Of a DNA stretch of 31,996 nucleotides, positions 1 to 12,100 are shown piece by piece; positions within the stretch are counted from its first letter, which is position 1; each line of letters starts with the position of its first letter. The translations under genes were made by a program, and so were the position numbers. Under the pieces are notes generated by a model that ran no database searches, was not told where the DNA came from, and saw nothing but the letters and a program-made list of their open reading frames with translations. Source of the DNA: Chiloscyllium plagiosum (taxonomy: Eukaryota); assembly GCF_004010195.1 (NCBI RefSeq), contig NC_057718.1, forward strand, positions 84,443,586 through 84,475,581, in the 5' to 3' direction.

Positions 1-187
1 TTTGCGAAGTGCCCAGAAGTGTGTTGCTTATGCTAAACGGCGGATTGTCAATATTGCTGGACATCCTGCTTTCTTTAACTTCTCCACAAGTCAACGGATC
101 ACCCGTCCTGGGGGTCCTGAAGATCCAAAGCATGTCAACAATGTTCTCTTCTTATCTATTCAGAATCCGCTATATCCAATCACAACG
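1..187 (+). CDS. hnRNP L-like exon (partial): end of RRM1, linker, start of RRM2
   Basis: Frame from base 2: LRSAQKCVAYAKRRIVNIAGHPAFFNFSTSQRITRPGGPEDPKHVNNVLFLSIQNPLYPITT; donor ACG|GTAGGT at 188. Confidence 0.95.
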
Positions 188-3100
188 GTAGGTTTGTCTT
201 AAACCCTTAACAGATAAAGTCACAATTGTTTTTAAATGATTGAAACTCCTCATATGGTAGACTGACAATTTGTAAGTCATCGTAACTTATGTCTTTTATT
301 TAGAGCGTGTCGCCTTATGCTAAATTTTCATTGAATGAAAAATAATGACTGAATTACAGTCTGGACCAAATTCTAATGGAAGAGACAAACCTTGAAAGGT
401 GTTGCATCTTCGTCTTATTTATTATTTTGATCTTGTGTTCAATCCTGCTGTGTCAATCCCCATGTCTTTTTTTTTCCAGGATGTTCTGTATACTGTCTGC
501 AATGCATGTGGTCCAGTCCTCCGTATTGTCATCTTCAAGAAGAATGGAATACAGGCTCTGGTTGAATATCTTTTTGCAATAGGGGAAATGCACTGTCCCA
601 GTGTGCAACATCCATTGGCTTTGACTTCCAATTGATGATCACGTTTTAGAACACTTTTTTTTATTTTGCTACAGGATTGTTTATGGGTTTTTAAACCTGT
701 AGTGTGTTCAAGTAGTTGCTTTACAGTATCATTAACTATTTAGTCACCAATACGTTTATGATCACAAATGTATTTCAATGAATGAGTGAGGATAATGCAG
801 CTGATGCGGTTACTTGGGATTCCAGGAAACCTTTGATAAAGTACCATGTAGCAGTCTTGTAAGCAGATGTAAACCCTTGAAGTAAGAGACTGTGGTAGTA
901 TGGTTGAGAAGTTGATTTCAAGACCAAGAAACAGTAGGGGTGAGTATGCTTATTTCAGGTTAGGGGACCATATAAAGTGGAGTTTCTAAGGAGTCTTATT
1001 CAGACCATGTCTTTTCCTGTTCTCTAAATAATTTGACCATGAGTATGCAGGACACAATTTCAAAATTTGCTGATTCCACAAGATTTGGAAGTACTGTGAA
1101 GAAGAGAATGATAGAAATTAAGAGGTATTTAGAGTTGGTGGTTGGAGTGAGTGGTATATTCTGGTAGAAAGAGCGAGGAGAGGCAGTATAAAAGATTATT
1201 GCACAAACCTTTGAAGTTGACAGTGTAGGTTGAGAAAATCGCATATGAATATCTATCAGAATGATCCTGAGCTTCAGGAGAAATTTGATTGAGATGCTGA
1301 AAATCATGAGGGGTCCAGATTGAGTAGATCTTATTATTCACTTATAAAATGTAGACATCACTGGCTGTGTTAGCATTTATTGCCCAGAAGACAGTTAAAA
1401 GTCAACCACATTGGTATGGGTTTGCACTCGCCTGTAGACTATTAGGTAAGGACATGAGTGAGCAACTATTCTCATTGGTTTCAGAGCCACCATGCCCAAT
1501 TACAATAGCGTAAGAATGAAATTTTGAGAAGAGAAAACGTTTTCAAGAGTGTATAAGGTCTGGGATGCGCTGCCTGAGAAAACAGAATCCATTTGTGGCT
1601 TTTAAAAGTGAATTGATTAATTACCTGAAGAGAGAATGTGTGGAGCTGTAAGGTTGTGGGATTGGAAGATGTGCTGTTGCAGTAAGTGGGCATGGACCTT
1701 GCATCCAAATAAGCTCATCCAGTGCTCAAAAATGGATATAAAACATTTATTGACACCACTAGGTGAAGAGAAGGGGCGTTAAGTCTACCCCTCAACCAGC
1801 ATCACCAAAGCCATTTATATGATGTGTTGACTCATTGCTGCTTGAGATTGTTGCTCGACAGGTTTGTTATTAAGTTTCCTATATTACTGTGGTGACTATG
1901 AATCTGATGTACTCCATGGATGTAAAGTTAATTTGGATATTTTGAGGTTTTGAAAGCTGCATATAAGAGCATGGCATGAGTAGGCCTTTCAGTTTCTTGA
2001 CCATGCCCCAGTATTCATTCAAATTGTGGCTATTCATCTACCTGGGCTGCACCTTTCTAATATATACCTATAAACCTCAATTTCTTTAGGGGCCAAAATC
2101 ATATTGATCTTATGTTGAATGTTTGAATCAACTGGACATCCACAACCCTTGGATGGACAACTCCTTCTAGTAATTTAAATTCTTCTCAGCACTGAATGGT
2201 CAACCACTTATGTTGAGTTCAAGCCTTCTAGGAGAAAGTGAGGACTGCAGATGCTGGAGATCAGAGCTGAAAATGTGTTGCTGGAAAAGCGCAGCAGGTC
2301 AGGCAGCATCCAAGGAGCAGGAGAATCGACGTTTTGGACATGAGCCCTTCTTCAGGAATGAGGCTCATGCCCAAAACGTCGATTTCCCCTGCTCCTTGGA
2401 TGCTGTCTGACCTGCTGCGCTTTTCCAGCAACACCTTTTCAGTTCAAGTCTTCTACCTTGGGAAGATGGAAACATTTTTGCATACCGACTTTCAACTCAA
2501 GATGGAGGGACTGGATTGAAAAAGAACCTTTTATCCACATTCATAGGACAGAAATGGGTATGGCCATGACTGTTGTTTGTTAATATTTACTTACTAAAGT
2601 CACTGTTCGCTCCTTAACATTTTTCACATTTGATTCAGTCCAAAGTGCCCAGAAGGCAAAGGCCTCTCTGAATGGTGCAGACATTTATTCTGGTTGCTGC
2701 ACTCTCAAAATTGAATATGCCAAGGTAATCTTAAAATGGTTCATTTTCTGAATGAGAATTCAATTCTTGCTTTTCACACACTAAAACAAGAAGGTGTTCT
2801 TTCAATTCACCAGCCTACTCGACTGAACGTATTCAAGAATGATAGCGAATCCTGGGACTACACTAATCCCGATTTAACTGCTCGAGGTATGGTGTACCCT
2901 CATTATTTGTGTCAGCTTTTTAGATTTTGTTTGCACATGATGCATCCTGTTACCATGTTAGACCTCCAGCAACAAACCTCCATTTTGCCTCAAGTCCAGG
3001 AATAGTGACAGAAATCTCTCTTTAACTTAGCAACAGGGCATGTGCTAAAATAAGAATCTGTCATATAGAATGGCCTTAAAAATTATACAATCTATTGTAC

Positions 3101-6100
3101 CATGTTCAAACACTATTTGGTTTGCACTCATAACATTGACTAACTTCTATCTGTTTTAATTAGCAGTCGAGGATTCACATTTGTCTTTTAAAATTGTGGG
3201 GTTTTTTGCCTAATGGACATGGGAAAATTGGCCTTTAAATAAGGGGTGATGACAAATGGTTCTTAATATTCTGAACTGTTGAAGGGTGCAATTTAGACTG
3301 AGTTCGTTCTAATTTATGTCTTCCCAGTGGAAATCAGACACAGTTAATAGCATAAACTATATATTTCTTCTGAATTAATTGACTTGTACCAGGCATTGGT
3401 ATTTTTACTATATTACAACAGTTACTGTATTTCAAAAAGTGTTAATTGGCTGTAAAAGCTTAGACATTCTGAGATTGTGAAAGACATGATAGATTAATTG
3501 GTCTTTGTGTAAAAGCTGGTCATTCTCTCTTGTGGAATCAAAGCCTTGAGAGTTACTGGTTTCAGAAGAGAGCTGGAAATATAGGGAGTCCTTCAGTGCA
3601 ACCATGTGTGACCTGAGTGATGCAGATTGTTAGAACGGCTCTGTGATTCAAATTGAGTTGTCCAACTCTTGTATAAAAAATGAAGGGTATCTTAAATTGG
3701 GGGTGTGTGGGAGGGGTCTTTATTGGCTTGACTTCATATTTAAGCTTTTAGCGATGCAGCACTCACGTTCTGTAATTTTGTAGCCTTAAAAAAGAAAGCC
3801 AAATCCTCATTTCACAGTACAGCTTTAGTTTGGTTTAAATTCTTGCTACATTTGTCAAAGTAATCCAACCCAGATTATGAACTAATCAAGAGATTTAAAT
3901 ATTTTTTATTAAAGGAGGCTTGAGAAATGAAGAACATACTAAACAAGTTAGCTATCCATTAGCTTTTTGCCAAGAAGTGAAATTTGATGCATTCATTTTA
4001 TGGAATTGAAGAGAGTTTTTTTTAAAAATGGTTCCTGCTGTTGTTGCATAATCATTTCCTAACTATTGTAACCACTTTGATGCTTGATGGTTTGTATATT
4101 TTTGCAGCAATTGCTGGTAGTCTAACATTTTTGGAAAGAATATTATTCAGGTTTAGCTGCCTGTGTTGACCTGCACTGTCCTCTGCTGGATGTTTTGAAG
4201 TTCACTTGCAACACTTGTTATAGCACTGTGTAGCTGCAACTCACCTACATGAACTGTACATGCAAACAAGGCTACGGCACAGAAAATCGCAGATTTCAAA
4301 GTCGCACGCAATACTCAAGAACATTTCACTCAGAGGGGAAAGAGAGAGAACCAAGACTTCAGTTACAGAAATACTAAATCTTCAAAGCTACATTCACCTT
4401 CTGCAGATTAATATCTTCACTGTTGGAAGGATATTGATCCTTTTTCCCCCCCTCCCTTCTGGAGCAAGACATTTTCTCAGGTACACCAGCGAAAGTGACA
4501 CCACAGAGAGAAGAGGGGCAAGCCAGGCAAACTAATCAATTCATGCACCTCTCCAACGAATGCCAGCATTTCGCAGTTACAAATGACAACAATCCAGCCT
4601 TCAGAAACAGAACAGACTCTCAATAAATCTCAGATCACCCAGACTGCATGCAAACACATCCTCAGGAAACTTGATCAGGAAGGACACTTTTCTTTTCTCC
4701 CCATTCATCGGTGCACAGAGGATATGTTTGCAAAGTTTCATCGTAAGACTGAAATGAAATTCTATTTGAATGCATTTAATGCTGTGAAATAAATTATTTA
4801 AGGAAAAAGCTGCTCTTGTAAGTTTTTGTTGATGAGAAGAAGTCCACTTAATGACTGTTTGTTTGCTTTTTAATTCTTGTGGAGACTTCTGAGTTTCAGT
4901 TCAAGATTGAAGTAACTTGAGCTTTTTGACAAATCCAGGAACCACTGTATGCTTGCTAGATGGAGGGCTATAAGAATTACCAGGGAATTTTTTGTTTATA
5001 ATAGCCATATGCTATTAATGGTAAAATTTCTGTAGTGCATTCAGTGAGATAATGATCACTTGGTATTGTCATTTTTAAATTGGCACATTCCCAGTGTGCC
5101 CTTTTGTTACTAATACATGCTTTTAAGACCTAAAATATCAGCGGTGTAAGATGTTTCGAAAGCTTGTTTTCACTTGCTTTACAACTAAATGAAGCCCTTG
5201 TCTTCCTGTGACTTTGTAGATATCACTTTTGACTAAGTGAGGCGACCATTGATTTGTCAAGTCCTACTGCAGAAACTTGAGTCCATTTTGCAGGTTGACA
5301 TTTTCACTGCAGTAGAAACAGAATGCTGCACTGTCGGGTGTGCTGTTTTTGAGATATAAGAGATGTTTAATTGAGATCCCGCGTGCTCTGTCCAGAAAAT
5401 GTATAAGCACTTATTTCATTAGCAGTTTATTAAGTGCAGGGAAGTTTCCATGACTTCATCCAACCCTGAGAAACCGGTTATTTTGCCACTTCCATAGGGC
5501 AGTTTGGGATTTTGCTGCCTTGTTTTTCTGTGTAAGTCACTATGCTTCAAAAGGTAGATCATTGGCTATAATGCACTTTCAGCCATCCCAAGTTTATTTA
5601 GCAAGGTTATATAAATGTCATCTTCATAAAGCATCACAAGATGTTTACAAACTGGAAATGCTTTACTTTAAAAATAATTAAACCTTAATTCAATTAAGTC
5701 CAATTTGAACATCTGGCTAATACTACATTTAGACGTTAATGAGGAAATAGCAAATTTTATTTAAGCCAGGAATTGTGCAGTTCTTTAAGATTCAATAGAG
5801 TCTGTTGATGAAATTGAACTAACTCAAAATATGAGTATATCTTCTAATTGTTAAGCATGACATGTTTCAGTATCCTTGGGGTTAGGCTATAAAATAGGGA
5901 GGAGGAGAAGAAACTGATGAGGGCAGTTACTGTATCAACTGCCAACACTAGATGGATATTTAGATTGTGGTACTGAAAAGTAAATTGGTGCATGCCCATA
6001 AAGCCCTCTCCTTCTCATACTGTTATGCTTTCTCCTCTGTCTGTTTACAATTGTGTTCTACTGGCTTCCATATTTGAATGTCAAAGCAGAGATATGTGGG

Positions 6101-9100
6101 ATTCCCCTTAAAATGGAAAGCAAAAATAACAGCTAGCGCAAGAAAGATATCTTCATTCTCATCATAAGCTGGCCCTTTTTTTGTCATTATGGCAATGTGT
6201 TTATAATTGTCTTGATCAAATTCATTGTAGTTTTGTATCAATAATTGATTTGAGAATATAACTGGTTACTGTAATTCTTGATGGACCTTTCAGTACTCTG
6301 TTTTCAACCTAACTTCTGGCCATAAAATGCATTGGAAATGACAATCTGCCAAAATTGCTGAGTATTTGTAAGCATGATACTTACAGTTAATTCCAAAAAA
6401 GCAGAGTTTTTTTTAGATCTTAAAAGTTGTAGAAATGTCAGAAATGCCTGTTTCGGTTTATTCTTACTCCATCTTTGCACAACATTCGATTTGTTTCTGG
6501 ATTTGTGATCAAGCTTTGTTGGTTGACCATATCCATACATTAAAATAAATGGCTTTAGCTTCAAAGCCAAAATACTTGTTCAATATTCTGTTCTGTTATT
6601 ACCCATCTAACTCGGCAAAGAAACCACTCCTAACATGTCTGCTGACTGAGGCAAATTTCTATATAGAATGAGGTATTTGTAAAACGTTAAAACCATTGGA
6701 TTTGCCCAACCAACTATTCTGATTTTTATTTTACCACATGTAAAGTTTTTTTTTAAAATTATGTATGTTTACCTTTTAAAACCCTGTATTTACTGATTAT
6801 AAAACTGTAATGCAGGGGCGAAGCATCTCGCTTTTGCTGAATCCTCCTGCAAGTTATTAAGAAGGCCGTTTTGAAACTGCTGTATCTTGCTGTTTGAAGC
6901 TTATGGTACAAAAGAACAGGTACTGTTTTTTCAAAATTGTATTTTTATCAATTGTAAAATGCATTGTGCAAGTGTTTTTTGACTTTCTGTATAATGTGTT
7001 CATGAAAAGTGCAATTTTTGTTTTTAAATAAATACTGTACAGGGGAACCTAAGTACTGAATCTCAGTACTGTACTTGCATGATTATGCAAGCATTTGCAA
7101 ATCACTTAATTTCTGTTCCTTTCTTTAATTCCAGATGAAAGAAGGCGACAAGGACAGCCAGCCCTTCTAGGAGATCACCCTTCAACATATGGGGGTAATC
7201 AGCAGTTCTAATAAAATATTTCAGGACTCTTCTCTTTATATTCACTAACCCTAGTATTGTAACCATAGACTGATATTCACTTCGTCTTATTGAAAAAAAG
7301 GCTTGCTTTCATGGTCATCTGTTAAGCAAAGTGAAAATTCTTTCTTTTGAGCCTTTATTTGAAAGCATAGGAGAATATTTTGCATTTTTTGAATTTTCCT
7401 TTGCCATTGCAGAAACTCTCTTATTACTGAACCTGCGTCTGCCTTGCAGTATTGCCTGTAGGTTCCACAGGAAGAGGAACTTGCATGATTTGGGAGCACA
7501 ATGTGACCAGTTGAACAATTGTTCTAGTGCCATCTTTTCAAAAGAACTATCCAAATTATCCCATTCTCTTGCTCTTTATCCAAATCTCTACAAAGTTTCC
7601 CCATCAAACATCTATTCAGTTGTTTTTTCTTGAAAGTTATCAAATCTGCTTCAACTGCCTCCTCGAAGTAAATTGTAGATTTGTTATTATTTACTGGCAA
7701 GACAGTGCTTTCTTACCAATGAGTCTTTATTATCTTAAATTTCTGCCCACTTTTTACGAATCCTGCAATGGTAACAGTTTCTCCTCATCTTCCCTTTTAA
7801 CATCTGTTTTAAACAGAGCAACTCGGTTTTCTATAGTCACTCAAAATAACTGAAGTGTTTTGTACATAGGCTTGAAACCACACTTTTTTGGAAGAGTGTC
7901 TGGAATTGACAAACCACTCCAACTAGAGCAGAATTATTATTTCATGTAAAGGTTTCCTTATTTTTATGCAGACTCCATAAGTCTAACAATCTTCTATACC
8001 TTTTAAGCAGCTGTCTCAACTTAGACCAAAAGACACAGGAGCAGATATTAGGCCATTCAGCCCATCGAATCTGCTTCACTATTCAATCATGTGTGATAAG
8101 TTTCTCAACCCTGTTCTCCTGCTTTCTCCCTGTAACCCTTGCTTCCCTTGATACTGAAGAACCTATCTATCTCAGTCTTTAATACATTCAATGACCTGGT
8201 CTCCACAGCCTCCTGTGACAACGAATTCCATAGTTTCACCACTCTGTGGCTGAAGAAGTTTCTCATCTCCATTCTAAAACATCTTTACTCTAAGGCTGTA
8301 CCCCGTAGTCCTAGTCTCTCCTACCATTGGAAGCATCTTCCCAACATCTACTCTGTCCAGGCCATTCAGTATTCTGTATGTTTCAATTAGATCTTCCCCA
8401 TTTCCTTCTAAACTCCATTGAGTATAGGCCCAGAGTCCTCAAACGTTCCTCGTATGTCAAACATTTCATTCCTGGGACCATTCTCATGAACCTCCTGAAT
8501 ACGCTCCAAGGTCAGTACATCCTTCTTGAGATATGGGGCCCAAAACTGTGCATAATATTCCAAACGTGATCTGACCAGAGCATTATAGAGCCTCAGAAGT
8601 ACATCCCTGCTTTTGTGTTCAAGTCCTCTTAAAATAAATGCCAAAGTTTACTTTGAGAGAATCCAAACTCAAACTCCAAGTCTCTTTGCACTTCAGTCTT
8701 CTGAATTTTCTCCCCATTTAGAAAACAGTCCATGCCTCTTTCTACCAAAGTGAATGAGCTCACTCTTCCCCATATTGTACTCCATCTACCACTTTTTTGC
8801 CCACTCTCCTAACCTGTTCAAATCCTTCTGCACTCTCTCTCTGCCTCCTCAATGCTACCTGCCCCTCTACTTTGTACCATCTGCAAACTTAGCTAGAATG
8901 TCCTCAGTTCGGTCATCTAGATCCTTAACGCATAAAGTGAAAATTTGTGGTCCCAACACTGAGCCTTGCAGAACACCACTTGTCACCGGCTGCCACCCTG
9001 AGAAAGACCCTTTGTCCCCACTCTCTGCTTTCTGCCAGGCAACCAAGCTTTAATCCATGCTAACACCTTGTCTCTGACATAATGGGCCCTTATCTTAGTC

Positions 9101-12100
9101 TGTAGCTTCCTGTGCGGCACCTCGTCAAAGATCATCTTGAAATCCAGGTAAATAACATCCATTGGCTCTCCCTGGTCTAACCTGCTCGTTACTTGCTCAA
9201 AGAATTCTCATAGATTTGTCATAAATGACTTCTACTTTATGAAATCGTGCTGACCCTGCCCTATTTTATCATAACTTACAACTGTCTTGTACCTGCACCC
9301 TGTGTCTGTATCTTACCAGTTTGTGCTTCTCATTCCCCTCTCTTTTCAACTACTCCTCATTCCCCTCTCTTTTCAACTACTCCTCATTCTAATGCAGTTT
9401 GTTTCTGCCGACCCTCTGTGGGACCTGCATTTATGTTTGGTGTCCCTTGGCCTGGTTCTTTTGGCTTTGCTTCGTAAATAAATTGAGCACAGCCACAGCA
9501 GATATAAATTTGGTGTTTTAGTTCACATGTTTATCAAGAAGCTTTTCCATCTTTCAAAAAGCTTTCATATTATAATTGTCATCTAGAATAGACCTTTGAG
9601 TTGTAACAGCTTTCCTATTCTCACTTCCACTGCTTCCCGGCTCTTCGAGAAGAAATACCACCCCAACATCACAGATTGACTTGTAATTTTTGTCAAAAAA
9701 ACTTTGAATTATCAAAGTAATAAATGAAATATCATGATGAAAGCCAATGAGGGTACATGGGTGTGTTGCTGTAGGGTCATATGCCATGTTTTTGAAGGGG
9801 AGGAGACCAATATGATAAAGAAAAACATATTCACTGATATGTAAAGATTACAGTCAAAAGGAAAGAGATGAAAAGGCAGAAAGTCAGTCATTAAGCTGGC
9901 TGTTACACTTAAATATTTACTTACTCTAATTGTGGTTACATGTATAGATTTGGAAGGAAATACATCTTGATGACAATAAGACATTTCTTCATGTCAAGGC
10001 CATGGGATAGAACTAGTTGGAAAAGATGGACATGAACAGTTTGTCTTTGAAGTTTGGTGTATTCAGAAATTAAAAATAACAACCAACGGTACTAACATTT
10101 CACCAATTTTTTTTTTGAATGAAGCTTGTCCTTAAATGAAAGATGCTTTTCAGAAATCTATTTATTTATTTCTGGTATTATATCTGTGCATAATTACTTT
10201 ACAAATTTGACATAAAAGATAATTTTACCAATCTTTGAACAGGATATCAAACAAGCCCATTGGCATTAGCACATAGAATGGATCCACGCTCTTCCAGCAG
10301 TAGACCGATGCATCTCTACTCTGCTCCTGACTTTGAATTTGTGCCTCAGGGCAAGGTTATAATGGTTTATGGACTTAATCCGCATAAAATGAATTGTGAA
10401 AAAATCTTCAATCTTCTGTGCCTCTATGGCAATATTGAAAAAGTAAGACTTAAATTGTTTCTGTTTTGGTCTTGATTTGTAATGCTTACTTGCCTTTATT
10501 GTTGAATTTTAAGCTTGTCTGAATTGAATTTTTTACAATAGCTCTAAACTCCAGAATCAAAATGTACAGACTTGATGCCATACTTTAGAAACAGTCTGGG
10601 ATTGACATACCATTCAAACTGCAGCAGAACTATAATTTCACGTAAAGATTTCTTTATTTTTATACCCTAACTTCATGAAGCTAAACATCTGTATGGGCCT
10701 GATTTGTCAGTAATTGATTTGAGATGCTAAATTATAAAAACTTTTCCACCTGAACCTGCAAGAACCTCTTTTAAACAAGGTTTTATTCCTTCTACGAACT
10801 GAAGAATATTGGTACCAAGCCATCCAAGCTGGGGTGAAAACCACAGCCAAATAGAAAATTTAATTTGTAATATTTTAAAAATAACTTTTTTTTTGTAAGA
10901 TACTGTGCTACAGAATGTGGCTGCCTTTTAAAGAAATTTCCAGTCTTTATAAATGATCTGTTGATCTTAGGTCAAGTTCATGAAGAGTATGCCTGATGCT
11001 GCTATGGTTGAAATGGGAGATGAATTTTCTGTGGAGCGAGCAATCACCCATCTGAACGGTGTGGAGATGTTTGGAAAGAAACTTAATTTGTGGTAGGCAG
11101 TTTTCTTTGTTAAAAAATGCTTTCACATTTGTAGAGAATTCTCAGTTCAGTTTTTGTGATGTGGGTAGTCCCTGTAACTACTGTGCTGCTTCAGTGTCTC
11201 TAAACAGGCATCAATTGTGCCAAGCCAATCATATGAGTTGGTGGATGGTACTGATAGTTACAAGGAGTTCACCAATTCGAGGAATAACCGCTTCACTAAT
11301 CCTGGGCAGGCAGCCAAAAATAGGATCCAGCCTCCTTCCAACGTACTTCACTTCTTCAATGCTCCACCTTGTGTTACAGAGGAAATCTTTCAAGAGGTAA
11401 GATGCCTAATGCAAGTGAAATAGTAAGACTTCCATTATTCCCATATTAGAAGTTAAGACTGGGGAATTGAATTATATAGCAGAGAAACCGGCCCTTTGCC
11501 CCACCAACTAACAAACATCAAACTACACCACTCTCATTTAGGTGCACTTAGTCCATAGCCTCCTATGCCCCTGCATTTTAAGTACTCATCCAGATGTTTC
11601 ATAAATGTTGTGAGACTACTTACCTCCACCACCCTTTTAGGCAGCATGTTCCATATGTCTGCCACCCTCTGTGTGACTTTTGTTTTTCTCTTAGATGTCA
11701 TCTAACTCACTACTGCTCATCTTAAACATGCCCTCCAGTCTTACAAAGTTGTAACAATTTTCTTGCCCCAGCTAATGAAAGCAATCCTTTCATATGCTGC
11801 CTTCACCCTGTCTACCTGTAGTGACACCTTCAGGAATCTATGGACTTGTACAGCAAGTTCTTTTGTTCCTCATTACCCCCTAGGGGCCTGCTATTCATTT
11901 GTATATGTTGTTCCCTTATTATGCATCACCTCTCACTATTAGGATTAAATTCCATCTGCCATTGCTCTGCCCAAGTTACCAGCTGATCAATATCAGACTA
12001 ACCTGGGACTATCCTCCATATCAACAGTGTCATCTGCAGACTTGCTAATTAAACCTTCTACATCAACTTTCAAGCTGTTAATGTGCATAACAGCAAGGGC

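Larger units (their letters stand above)
566..2627 (+). other. U12-type (minor spliceosome) AT-AC intron
   Basis: 5' site ATATCTTT at 566; branch site TCCTTAAC at 2611-2618; terminal AC at 2626-2627. Joining GA+A restores the conserved VEFDSVQSAQ. Confidence 0.92.

Noticed and set aside
399..635. ORF-track peptide extending the RRM2 exon (EYLFAIGEMH...)
   Set aside because: This is read-through into the U12 intron; family similarity stops at VE and resumes at 2628.
3246..3301. Possible C/D-box snoRNA (GTGATGA at 3246, CTGA at 3271 and 3298)
   Set aside because: Only 56 nt, with no terminal stem and no rRNA/snRNA-complementary guide that I can recognise; these short motifs arise by chance.
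4260..4792. ORFs 4260-4535 and 4583-4792 as independent small genes
   Set aside because: No recognisable domain; C/A-rich composition depletes stop codons; better explained as an intronic regulatory block.
9329..9389. 27-bp direct repeats as a CRISPR-like array
   Set aside because: Head-to-tail duplication with no spacers, in eukaryotic DNA.
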